Below are positions 23,673-36,146 of a stretch of 43,160 nt of DNA, in pieces (the stretch's first letter is position 1; each line of letters starts with the position of its first letter). The notes beneath the pieces are model-generated. The model was not told the origin of the DNA and searched no databases. It saw only the letters and a program-made list of their open reading frames with translations. Both the position numbers and the translations under genes were made by a program. This DNA is from Catajapyx aquilonaris. Lineage: Eukaryota. The stretch lies in the NCBI GenBank assembly GCA_000934665.2, contig JYFJ02003420.1, positions 1 to 43,160 on the forward strand, written 5' to 3'.

Positions 23673-26629
23673 GTATATTTTTATCATTTTTTATTGCATG
23701 ATACGTTAGATGAATAGTTCATATTAGCCGCCCTAGCTATGAGCAGGTGGTGCTTTCATAGCTGGATGCTGGCTGCTCCTATACGTTATTTATCACATTG
23801 AACGTTCTTCTCAGTAATAATATTGTCCAGGTCAATATATTGATGCTTCCGTACAGGACAGACCACATCCTTGGCAGGTGACTCGTATATATTTACCATC
23901 CTGTAATGATGATGACGCTCTTCTTATTTCCTACCCTACTCAGGTGACGTTCTGGCAATACGGCCCCACTCCGGAAGCTCCTTTTGGCTCCAAATGAACT
24001 ATATCAACCAACAAGGGGCAATTTTGGACCCGGGTTAATAACGGGGAATTGCATCACGAAAGAGAGCCGGAGAAGAACTTGATTAAACCCAAACGCACCC
24101 GGATATTGCATAAAAGCAGCTACACGAAGGTCGCCATTATATGGAGACTCTTAATTAATCAGGTGGCTCCATCTGCATCAGGTCCAAGGTGGTCCACTTG
24201 AAATTACAGTATATATACGATATGAGATATATATAAGTATATAATCAGTATCAAAATCCGCACTTGACGCCGAGGGAGTTTTTGATCATGCTGAAGTACA
24301 CAAAGTGTACACCCGCGAGCTAGTTGGAGACGCTGCAGGCCTTCTCTGACCTTTCTTTACCCGACTCAAATTAATGGACTCTTTTGACCGAGTTAGCTGC
24401 TTTAAAAGTGTTCGTGTATTTATAACAGTACATTTGATACCGTAATAGCTGAGATTGGCTAGATCACCCTGCCGAAGGTGTACATCCATTATCATGATTA
24501 TTTTAAGTCATCGTCGTTGTTCTCTTCTTGGTATGTATAACAGATTGAGTAATAGAAAAGCCTATTGAAGTAGTGCAGAAAAGTGTTAGGAAAGTAACTT
24601 TAATATGAAAAAAGAACTATTCTAACATCAATCATGCTGCTGAGAGTAGTCTAACAGTTGGTAACAGATATGGCGAGTAACACTTCATATAGTAACAGGA
24701 ACCTGCTACATTGTAAATATATCGCAATTTAGTTGTAATGCACTTGAATTACAGTACGGTATAAGTTCCGATAAGCCATCCATGGAACGAGGACCTTCCC
24801 ATACAACTAACAAAAACATTGCTAGGTGCAGTGTAAGGTATTTTTCCAGTGTTTTAGCTATAGAACAAATTCCCATATGACTCTGATGTTGTTTACCTTT
24901 ACTCTAGTTAAATTTATTCAACCGCGGCGGTTTTGCATCGGGTAAGCCATTTATTGAACTAACGCATTATTGTACATGTAGATTCCAACCATTAACCAGC
25001 ACGCCCTGTTGCCAAGCCTCAGTCCCGTGTGATCGAAATTATTCCACTGATCAACCTCAGAGTACTATAGTTTACAATCATGATTGTACTGCACCAAAGA
25101 TCATGTAACACAAAGATTCTGTTCTCATCATTTTCTGAGCAACCTGCTACCTTCCTCTGCACTTGAATCAAGCAGATATGATTGCGATGACTGCAATTCA
25201 GTGCAACAATGCAGACGAAAGTCGTGGCTTTGCCTTGCCCTAGAGAATAATTCATAGTGGCGTCCCGAGGTAGGAATCAGCTAATGAAGCGGTTTGGGTC
25301 TGCTGGATGTGTGGCCTTACTTGAAGGGCCTTTGAAGGGTAGAAGACAGAATACCCTTACTTGTGGCACCCTTGAAGCAAGCTCCGATGTAATCAGCCGA
25401 TTAAAGAGGTTAGGGAGTCCTTTACCGGGTCTTTTCCCCTGTAATCGGCCCTTCTTATTCCCTCATTAAACAGCGAATGAACGCAGGTGGAAGAGACGAC
25501 GGATTCAGTCATAAAACGCCCCCCCATTTGATGAAGACAGATCCATTATGGGAACTTTAGAGCATATGGAATCCCCCTTCTCCCCTTGCCTTCGGGTAGT
25601 AAAAATTGCGATTAATTTGGGAATCCGATTGGAAACATTTAATGGCGCAGGTCCTGAAATGAGAGCCGGCCAAAAAGGGGATCCTTCAGGCAATAATACC
25701 ATGATCATTAAAATAATTATAAGCTGTAGAATACGATAACCTTGTGGTCCGATTACACAGGTTTCAGAAATGGGGAGCATCTGAGCAAAGCATCATATAC
25801 GCAAATTATCGAGTTATGTGTTGCGTCAAGTAGTCCACCTCCAGGCGCCAGCATATAAATATAAGGGCATAAAATAACCTAGGAAGTTATCCTCTCGAAC
25901 ACATTTTAATTAATAACGTCTAATTAATATGGGGTATTTATATGCCCTTCACATCCTTTACATGCCGGTACAAAAATTTTAGGTCAACGCCGTCGTTACC
26001 TTTTTCAGGAGGAAATATTGATTTAGCTGAAATCACATTTTCTTCAATGTCTCAGTTTCATGTCTAGTGCAGATATGGCGGTTTGCTCAGACGATTCACA
26101 AATATTGCGCCCGAAGGTCATTCTAAGGTTGCTCAGTTTTCAAATGTTATACAGAGCGAGTCGCAAAATTCCACATGACCTTTATACAAGTACTGCCCAC
26201 ACAATACTCTGAAGACCCGAAACGATACTTCAGTAGGACCGACATTACCTTTGGGCCTAGTCATGTTTTTAGTTGCGCAAAAACAATATTGTCCAATGCA
26301 ATAATATCAATTTACTCTGATTAGCTGAGTGCGCAGTATAATGTACAATACCACCGCGGGCAAAAATGTGAAGGAATTCCAATGAGTTTAATATGGTAAA
26401 ACCGTTGATGTCTCGACTCTCAACGTAGAGATTGTCAAGTTCTCTATTACAGTTTACTCGCGACTGCACGTCCATTCATATATTAAAGGCTAGATTTATC
26501 GCAAAATCATGGGTAAAGTTACAAGTGGAATAGGATCACGTGTCAACGAGAAGTCTATGTTAACAAGGGGAAAAATAAGGCCTTATTGCCGCTACACATC
26601 GTCCGCGAATCTGGTCCATGGTCGTAATG

Positions 26630-26962
26630 AATAGGGACAAAAGCCGGAATGACTTTTGGGAGATAGGACTCGAGGCGCGTCGCGGGACAGAAGTTGAGAC
26701 TTGTCTTATCTCGAGGGATGTCCTGGGGACGACCTTCGCAGGGAAAAGTGTCCCAGACGAACTCTCACAGCTTGCGCTTGGGTGATAATCATATGTCCCA
26801 CTGATTTGCGAGACACTACCGGAAATTTGCAGATAGGTGGTGATGGACGTGCCTGAAGATGACGGCCCAATTTTCATTTTACCCGCACGAGTAGTCCTGG
26901 ACATGTAATGGCGAGTTGATTAGCGGGACGTAAGATGTCCATCGTCATTGTGGGACATCCTG
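26630..26962. mobile_element. Probable one-ended Tc1/mariner-type DNA element remnant
   Basis: Ends GGGACATCCTG|TA (reverse complement TA|CAGGATGTCCC) and has many GGGAC/GTCCC motifs. No partner TIR found, so the left boundary is approximate. Confidence 0.4.
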
Positions 26963-27609
26963 TACTTATATATCAACGGAGCTGCGTAGCTTCCATCGTT
27001 AAAAAAGTGTTGTGCATGACGTTGTCTAACCAGCGCAGTAATTAGGTGGCCAATTAGGTGTTCCGTCCTTAACGTGCGTTGTGTTTGATGCTTTGTCTGC
27101 TAATTGCCTGTTTGGTGCATATTAGACCGTGAGCGCCAGCTACATAATAACGTAGAATTTGTTGGTGTACATTAATATCGAGGGCCAAGTATACAACACG
27201 GTGGTTGATTTCAGCTATTATGCACTGATCGAATGGCAACGCTGCGTCGGAAATACGCAATAACGCGGCTGCATAATATAATGGAAATATAGCCCACATT
27301 AAAGGCTACACTGCACGTTTTAATTAGGGTCATGGTGTACCAGTACATTTTTAAACACTGTCAAAAATGGCAAAAATGATTATTATGTTTAATATATTAT
27401 ATTTATCAGTGTTTGAAGGTAAGTCCACATGTTACCTTGCAGTGGATTGGCCCCAGTGAAGGCAGCTCCAGTGACGTGATTAGCATATAATCACGCGACA
27501 TAGGCCAGACATATCTCGTAGGTACTTATTGGGTCGAAATCGCGGACATATGTGAAACGTTGTCGGAGGGAATGACATGGGTGTGAGTGCTCATGCGCAT
27601 GGGTGTCCA

Positions 27610-27800
27610 AAGGAGGTGGGGGAGGGAGAGAGATGGGCGGGGGCGGGGGAGAGTCGGCGGAGTTAGTGTATAGGAGGAGAGAGGAGAGAGTGAACCGAGA
27701 GAGAGCCAGAGAAAAAGGAATAGGATCAGCCAGGGGTCGGGCTGGCAGAGTGACGGTGGCAGTGCGTCGGTGCGGTGGGCGTCGGTCGAGTGCGTCGACG
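27610..27800 (+). promoter_or_regulatory. Candidate GAGA/GC-box core promoter
   Basis: GGGCGG boxes near 27635-27648, a GAGAG-rich tract about 27673-27712, Inr-like GCAGTG (A at 27761), and the pause-button match TCGGTCG (KCGRWCG) at +22..+28. CpG-rich. Confidence 0.5.
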
Positions 27801-27939
27801 ACACGCGTGCCTCCGTTCCACGTCCCGACGTGCGTTTCGGACGCGGCAGGACAAACACGTTGGGACAGGGATGGAGCGCGCGTGAGAGGAGACGAGAACA
27901 GGTACAGGTCACCACCGAGGTCTTCTACACAGGAACACC

Positions 27940-28007
27940 ATGTTCGAAGGACTCAAGAACCACGGTATCTCCAAGCTGGCTCTCTCCAAGTTCCTATCAC
28001 AGAGCAT
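27940..28007 (+). CDS. Probable first coding exon (MFEGLKNHGISKLALSKFLSQS + AT, phase 2) of an unidentified gene
   Basis: CACC ATG context, strongly C/G-ending codons, consensus donor CAT|GTGAGT, an abrupt switch to AT-rich sequence afterwards, and a promoter-like island upstream. Confidence 0.65.
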
Positions 28008-29839
28008 GTGAGTCCAACGGCATTGCTTCTAAGCCGCATTCACACATTCAAAGACTGGAACACAATAATAATTATTATTATTGTTATTATGATTGTCGTA
28101 GATCAATTTTGTTTAATTCAAACACCACACAAGGATTACATACGGTACTGGTAATAACATGAAACATACTGCGCAACTCCGCAATTTTGTTTTCGGAATT
28201 TTGCTATCAACATCAGTTTTGCATGTTGTGGCTTTTGTATTTATTTTAAAAGCTCAACAGCCTATACAGCGCATTATCCAGCGATAATGGTCACGCAACC
28301 GACGCACAAACTATGCATTTTGCAAGCGTTAAGTTGTTCACACGCAAAAGCCTCAATTAACGATATAACAATCTACTGCGTAAAAATTTGGTCCTAAATC
28401 ACGCATTCGAGTTGAAAATGACAAATACCTGATCGGTGATTTCTGCAGGCTGCATTTGCCCAAAACAATTCAGTAAAATTAACTTGGCCAGAAGTTGTCA
28501 ATCACGAACGTTGTAATCCTTGTGTTCATCCGTGTAAATGTGAGCATAATAACTGTTATAATATCCCCAGGAGGAGCATCACCGTGGAATTAATAATAAA
28601 TTGGTCGATTGTTATAAACTAGACGCTGAAAAAAGTGCAATTAGTAACAATTGGTGCAGCCGAGAGCAAAGGCGATTGAAACCTTTTTGCAACGTGAGGA
28701 TTGGATTGTATATATGATTGTGTGCGGGAAGCGAGAATGCAATTAATGAAATGGAGCCGAGTGTGCGAATACAAAGGAATTTAAATAAGTCACCGCAGCA
28801 AATGGCATTACAGGACCTAACTTCCTTCAAACGACACTGAATTAAAGCCGCAACTCCAGGGGGGAATATGGGTAGTGGATTTTCCGGACTCAAAATGGCG
28901 TCCCCGGCTACAGCTCCTCATTTCCCACAAGACAAGTATCGGCTAATTGAGCGCTCTTCTGCCTTTCTGTCGACTAGGAAATGTCATAATTGCGGGTGGC
29001 AGAATCGATAGGCGATAGACTGGCGTCTCCTGCTCTCATTGGACTGCTTTGCCTCATTTTCGCCGTCATTTTTGCAAGCCTTGGCTTACTTTACGAGGCT
29101 TTTAAATGGGAACCCTGCTTGTCGCCCAAAAAGTGCATGGTCAAAAATAAATTTTCTTGGGGTTGGGTCTAAAAGCTGGATCGTACCACCTGTCACCAGG
29201 CCTTCCTCTCCTCGTAATTTGCATGCATAATTAGAGAGGACTAATATCTTATTGCCATCTTTTCTAAACTCTGTAAATGGGAAACTTTTGATTGCCTGAA
29301 TAAAAGAAGAGGCATATATATCCTTTTCCTGGAAGGAGTCCAAATTTTGGATCCTATTGGATGGCTATCCAGGATGTAATAATTCCTACCGCACTATCGA
29401 GATTAACTGCAAAAGTGGAATTATGATGATGTCTCTGGTCCATTTCCACCCTCTTAGCAAAATGAAGGCATAAATATGCACATATGCATACATAGTATCA
29501 TGTCACTTTCAGAATTTATTCGAATCCGTATCGTTGGAAATTGCTTGTCATCTTTTCCTCGAGTATAGCATAAAATCATGCCGCATAAACTCTAAACGTA
29601 CGCTCCGACGATTTAACTTATACTGTCACCCTCGAAGGTGAGGAGGCAGAAGCGACTGGAATGATAGTCTGCGAGATTTTTAGCGACACGTGAGCGCAAT
29701 TCTCATACCACACCTGTCTAAGGAAATGTAGTCCAAGTCCCCTAGTTATAATAAAGTTCAGCTAGTGCTCTGGGATGCATAGCAGGGATCATTATTATTC
29801 CCTTTGCATTACATTTCTGGAACCTTTTCAGTAACGCCC

Positions 29840-30033
29840 GAGAGGTAGTGGAAGTGCAATATCGTTTAAGGGGCCCCCTGGTGGTTAGTCTACCGGAAAC
29901 CTCATCCGAGACAAAGCTGGAGAGTCTGTTCAACTCCGCGAGAGATGAGAAAGGGGAACCCGGGCTGGGGAGCCAACCCGGGATCTTTCTTTCCGTGGGC
30001 ACAAGCGTAACCGCTGGGCCACTCTGCCCATCC
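29840..30033 (-). mobile_element. tRNA-derived SINE (family B), degenerate copy
   Basis: Minus strand gagtggcccagcggttacgcttgtgcccacggaaag..cccgggttggctcccc..gactaaccacc..attgcactt matches the 39667-40003 element. Confidence 0.78.
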
Positions 30034-33000
30034 TTACTTCGACAGGGAGAGCAGTCGAAAGAAAAACAATGAGGAGGACCACATTCACATTCTTTGTAAA
30101 CTATTTGCTGCTGGGGTGAACAATCAACAATGCATAACTCCTTGAACTAGGCACGGGCAACCCGTATAATGCGTGCACAGTAGTAGCTCATATAGGCCTT
30201 GTCATAATGTAGAATCGGCATATAGAGTAGTTTCATACCGCTAATAAATTGGCTGGGAACGAAGGTTAACCTCAATTGCCTGGCGGCCATCTTTTATCCA
30301 ATCCCACGAACAGATTCGGGTAACGGGCCATTTGTCTTTTTAGGCCCAACGTGCATTCAATCCCTTCAAATGACATTTAAAGCCCAGGTGGTATTTCTGG
30401 GAGAGAATTTGAGTCCGGGGCAATTGACATAGTTGACAACATACCATCGGTTTGATTTAAGGGCACACTTCAATTTTCCAGCATTAAAATTTGCATTGGT
30501 TTGTCACATGTCTCATTATTCTGGATGGGGTATCTGATGACATTAATCAGAGGGAATTATGTCCGCACCTGGAAATTTACATCACGGATATAATCTTTTA
30601 TTACTCTAATGGCTGTGTGTTTCAAGCATCACTCTCATGCCTACGGATATTGTGTTTTATGGTGCACTTGTTGTGCACTCAAGGTTTTCGGAAATGTAAT
30701 AGCGAACTTAACTTAATTGTTGCGACCCTATATTTATCGTACTGATGGCATTACTAATGCAATTACCAGTGACCTGGCCGGATGTCAGGAAGAGTTGGGA
30801 AATGGTGAAAGCGGTTGTATTTCACCTAGGATGTATTGTGCTTGCAGGAGAACCATGACAAAGGTTCAGGGTTACACGTAGTCTTGTATTTTGAGATTTG
30901 ATATTATACTATTTTATATTATATTCGAGAAAGGAGTTTGCAGTAAGATGGTACCACAACTTTATTAATATAGTAGAGATTCATTTTTAAAGGATTTTTA
31001 ATAGTGCGCAATCAAAGCTGTCGGAGATGGTTATACCTCTCATTTCGTATTTAAGCGAATCAGTCAGAGTCATATGCCAATTTTTTCATTTTCATTTCAC
31101 TTGCTAAAGGCACAGTTTAATTCCCTATGAATTGTAAATCACTTTTCCGACTTGGGTGAGGGGAATAATTCGGATTTTTTTCCTGTCTCGGGTCAGCTTG
31201 AAGATGGGGTATTGTATGAACATTCCTGGACTTATTACATGATTGTATCTCTGCATTATTGTAAAAGGTCGTGTGATACTATGAGTTGCATTTTATGCCA
31301 GTGCCGATATAAAGATCCCCAGTGTCTTGATGTAAGACCGGGAATGTTCATAATGTTCAGACTTATCCAAGCCGGGGACCTGAGGCCAGAGAAAATAAGA
31401 ACTTTTTGTCATCTTACAGATCTGATCCTGTAGTGTAACTCACACTACACTCTCGGTGAATGAAAATAAAATGAAGAATCGGATCATGTATTGCGGAATA
31501 TTTTAACGTGGAATATTTAACAGACAGAGTTTTTAATGCGCAATTCCATGAATGACTTACCTTAGACTGCCTTGTCCAGACATAATTGAGGGTGGTTGTA
31601 AGACGAGGCAACCCCGTGAATAAAGCATGTGTTACATAAGCTAATTTTAGCCCGCGCCTTCTTTAATAATGTAGCGCAAAGAGTGACGCAACAATTACCG
31701 TAGCGCGGCATACGGATGCATGACGTAATTTTGGACTAGATCTTTTAGGACGTAAGTAACCATTTCCAATCCGGGAAGGAGGACGGCTCCGGAATAAATC
31801 CTTAGGATTGGAAGCTGATTTGTATTAGCAGACAGGCGGCCTGGTGCTCCTCCTCGTCTGCTTAACCGGGTTGCCAGAGCCTGCCAAGCGGAATGGAAGA
31901 GCGTGCCTCATCCCGCAGATCTCGTTACCACCACGTACCATTAGTCCTTTCCGCAACAATTGTTCCTGGGCGGGACAAGTAACACATCAAGCGCGTGTAT
32001 ATAAGCACTGTCGCAAAGGGGAAAAGCTCGCTCGCCTGATGAAGGGCCAATATTCCGCAGCTTTTGTTGGAGCAGATGGAGTGGCAGCTGTCCCCCTTTT
32101 GTAAAAGTGGGGGGCTGGGGGAAGGACGGGCAGGGGAGAAGGAGAGGGAGCGGGGCTTAATTTACCGGAATTGATTCCTTCTCCCGCATACCTGCTGAGA
32201 AGCACCTGTCGCCGAGTCTCCGAATCATCCATCAAACCATTTTCTGCTCTGCTCTGCTCTGGGACACACGTTACATCAAAGACGGCCTCCTTATTTCCAA
32301 GTCTGCTGGTAGGCGACGCATTAGTGATAATTCCAAGTGTGCTATTTGATTTTCTAACGGCAAATTCCGAGTCGCAAAGTGTGTTTGCCAGGCGTGCTCG
32401 CATGTTCCGTATATTGCAGAGCCCAAGATTTACTTGACTGGGGTATCAATATGTCACTTAGAGATTATATCTAAACACACTCGAATTATTATTTATATAA
32501 GCCTGCATGCGCTCTAGTTTTCCGGAAAGTCAACAGGCTGCGGGCCAATACCCAGTTCAGTTGTGGTTAATGGCTCTAAGCCTACTATTGTGCGAGTGCT
32601 TATCAAAGCGTGATTCACAATGGACCCAAGCACATTGAATTTGCAAATAAGCGCGAGAATTTTAACGAGATGTAACGTAGCCTATACAGTCATGAACACT
32701 GTAAGACAACGTAATAACATGGCGAACTCGGGAACAACGAGGTACAAAATAGGTTTATTGGACAACATAGTAGCCCTAATAATTTAAACTAATCTACGAT
32801 AATATTTTGCTACAATCATTATCCAAAGTATTGCATCAATCCCTTCTAGCGTACTGCATGCTCGATTCTGACAGTTACAGCGTCTGAATTGTCGCGAAAT
32901 GTTAGGTGCCAACCTGATGCTTCAGGAATTCACATCACACAGCCAATTTGGCAAGAGAGGTGCGAATAGGATATTTTATGACTGCGAAAAAGCTCGCGTT

Positions 33001-33806
33001 ACACTGAAAATCATGTACAAACGGGAGTTTTCTTTGAGTATTGAATCGCCAAATTTATAGTCAGGCCCTTTACATTTACACGATTACTTATTGACACTCA
33101 GGTAGGATTATCAACTTATGGAGTATGCTCAAAAAAAGTGACGACTATATACACTTCCTCTACGCAAGAGAAAGATTTCTGTGGAGTATGACGCATTTAT
33201 ATCTAGTGTCACCTTTTCCTTCCAAATAATACCAATACACTTTACAAGTTGATTAACAATAAAGTTTGCAAATGGTTTCATTAAGTGTTTCTATCAGAAT
33301 TTTATATACGTATTGATAACTGACAGTCAGGGAGCAGCAATTTTGATTCCAACAGCATTGTTCACTGTAGTTTAAAATCAACCTTGGCACTTTACCATAG
33401 CAGCCCAAATTTTGAATGTACTCCGGCAACAAAATATTGCTAACAGTAGTTTCGAACTGAACGATTACGTGCAACCGAATAACCACCGGAATTTTCTAGC
33501 AGATTGGCAGTGGTGTTTGGCCTTTTGATGGTAGCTCGGCTTTGGAAATAATAATCGCCGCCATTACAATAATGGTGGCGCATTTGAGCGCATCTACAGT
33601 TTCCTCGTTACATCCGCGCCAATACTGTGCTAATATAATATTTATCTGCCCTTTACGTAACTGATGAATTGCCAACACCGCCTTTGTCAAACTATGGAGA
33701 CATTGACGGGTTTTGTAACACCACTGTGTTTATTTCGAAATATTGCGGAGAATGTTGCAGAGACCACAATGCCAAGTCCTCACAATGGTATATAGGTTAT
33801 AATATT

Positions 33807-34065
33807 TGAGGGGTGTGGTTAGAAAAGGTGATAACCCACAAACGTGTCATATTTCAGGAGAGCGAATTGAAGTTTGTATTTTCTTAACAAATAATAGGGA
33901 ATGCGGGTTTAGATCTAGTCCGTGTTGCCGTATCGTGCATGATACGTGAACTTTGAGTATACCAAACTCTTTGTCGTGTTTTTTACATAATTATGTTAGT
34001 TGCTAGGTGTTCAGGTCAAAAATGACAAAAATGAGGGTTATCACCTTTTTCCACCACACCCCTCA
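33807..34065. mobile_element. MITE with ~31-bp TIRs (mariner-like ends)
   Basis: tgaggggtgtggttagaaaaggtgataaccc / gggttatcacctttttccaccacacccctca. Second copy at 1-201. Confidence 0.85.
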
Positions 34066-35948
34066 CCACTCAATCTCCGTGGGTGACGATTTGCCAACCC
34101 CGCCTCGTTCCTGTCATATCTGGTTACACTTGGTAATAATGAGGTCCAGGACAAGGTTAGTGTTTTCAGTTGGAACAAGGTGTTTCCAGCAAGAGACATG
34201 GGGCCAGGGGTGGGATGAGATGGGTGAGCGGGTTGGTTGCAACGGAGGACGCAAATGAATTAGTTGAGTTGTCAAGCTCCTGTTGCGACGGCTGTCGCAA
34301 ATTCTCCTCTATATGTGACTGGCGCAGGTAGATGGATCAAGTACAAAGTACAGGAGGGAATGCAGCTTTGTTCAAGTGATTGGGAATCTTGCGACTATTT
34401 TTTCATATGATGCATCTCCAGTTAAAAATGGGGATTTAGGTCATGAGGGATACATCACGTTTATTTTGGATCTCATTAAAGTTAGATGTCTTTTTTTGCC
34501 AGGATACTGTAACGTAATTTCAGTCCTTTTTTGATGGGTAGGGGGAGGGATGGGGACATGTGATGACGTTTGGCTTTTGGGGCCACAACTTGTGGTTTCG
34601 TTGAAGCTTCGGATGATAAGTCAAGGAAAAGGGAGTCAAAGCCGCCAATCACACAGAAACACGACGTTCTAATCCGTTCAGAAGGATTTTCAATGCGGGG
34701 AAGAGAGTCTTTGGTAGGCTTTAAGGCAGCATTGAACAATAATGGAACCGGAATTACTGTTCTTCATTGAGTTGTATGCAAACTAAATTGATATTAACTT
34801 CACATGTAAGTTATATGGAGCGAAGGAGAATTTGAAAAATGTTTCAAATATTGTATTGAAACCCACTTTATGCGGAGAGATTAGCGGTGGGTGTGGTTTG
34901 CCAACTTTTAAAGCTGAATCTACTACAACGCAGTATTCCGAATATATTATTGCTCTCTGTACCCCCTTTAATTACTTTCTGTTTAAAAATTTGAGGTGAT
35001 TACCTTACTGCATTGTATAGAACTTTAATATTTTTATGAGAAACATTGCGTAAATTCCAGAATGCCAGTAACCCGCTACAAGAGTTTACATTTTTAACAG
35101 AGAGGTGTTGCGAGATTGTCTCTTTTATATTGCATATACAGTACACTGTAACCCATAATATATTGAATGTGATTCAAACGAACCAGCTCCGAGCTTATAA
35201 TATTATTGTGCTACGCTTTTACAGGGAGAAGAGGTAGAGTTATTCCAGTGTTATTTTGAGAATGCCTTTTAACTTAACTGTGCTGTAAGCGTCTCAATAT
35301 AGGCCGAATAACTCATTTTTATTATGGATGAATCATTTTTTATTTTTGTAAAGTTATTTGGATACACTGACATGTTTATTTCATCTTATATTGTTTTACA
35401 TTATATATGAAAATTTCATACCGTATACAGTTTTGCACAAAAACAACTGTACTAAAGGGCAACAGAAAATGAGAGTTAGATGAAAATGTACTACAAAACA
35501 ATCCTTTCATGAATCATTCGATGTTGTGGAAGTACAGTATAAGCTAGTCATGAGATTTTATAATCCTAGAGCTCTCATATAAAACCACTGCAGCGCTTTA
35601 ATCCTCACCTTTAACCCTTTCTGGACTGAGCCCATGGATAAGTGTTTGCCTTCAACACATGGAGTCATAAATCTGATAATTCATGATTGCGTAACTATCC
35701 TCGTCAGAGAATTATGGGTAGCCCTGAATCGATTTTGGCTCCTCAAGTAGGTGGGGTTCGAAAAGCGTGCCATATGCCACGGTGTGTACAGTACAGCACA
35801 ATATGATACTGGGTAATCTCTGTTTACAGCGCAGGTGTTCATTATGATATTGCTGACTCATTTGTAAGATCATACATCTTCAATATTTTCGCTGATTTGT
35901 ATAGTTGCTTTAAAATTCTTAACATTGCATGCTATACTATGAGGGGCT

Positions 35949-36146
35949 GGGAGTCGGAGTGGCGTTGCAGTGAACATTAGTGCCCACGGAGGGAAAGGGC
36001 CCGGGTTCTATCTCAAACCCGGGGTTTCCTCTTCGTGGTCTCTCTGGCTTCGGTTAGGGTGGGACTAACCATCCCGGAGACTCACTAAAATGAAATAGTC
36101 TTGCACTTGTGTACTGTACTTTGCACCTACCCTCCCACCACCCTGG
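35949..36146 (+). mobile_element. tRNA-derived SINE (family B), degenerate copy without a recognisable tail
   Basis: gggagtcggagtggcgttgcagtg..gcccacggaggg..cccgggttcta..tctctggcttcg..gactaacc..ttgcactt..cctcccacc aligns with the reverse complement of 39667-40003. Confidence 0.8.

Noticed and set aside
27526..28162. Long ORFs 27603-28154, 27770-28162 and 27526-27915
   Set aside because: Low-complexity translations of a purine/GC-rich promoter island. The better-supported coding frame is the short one from 27940.
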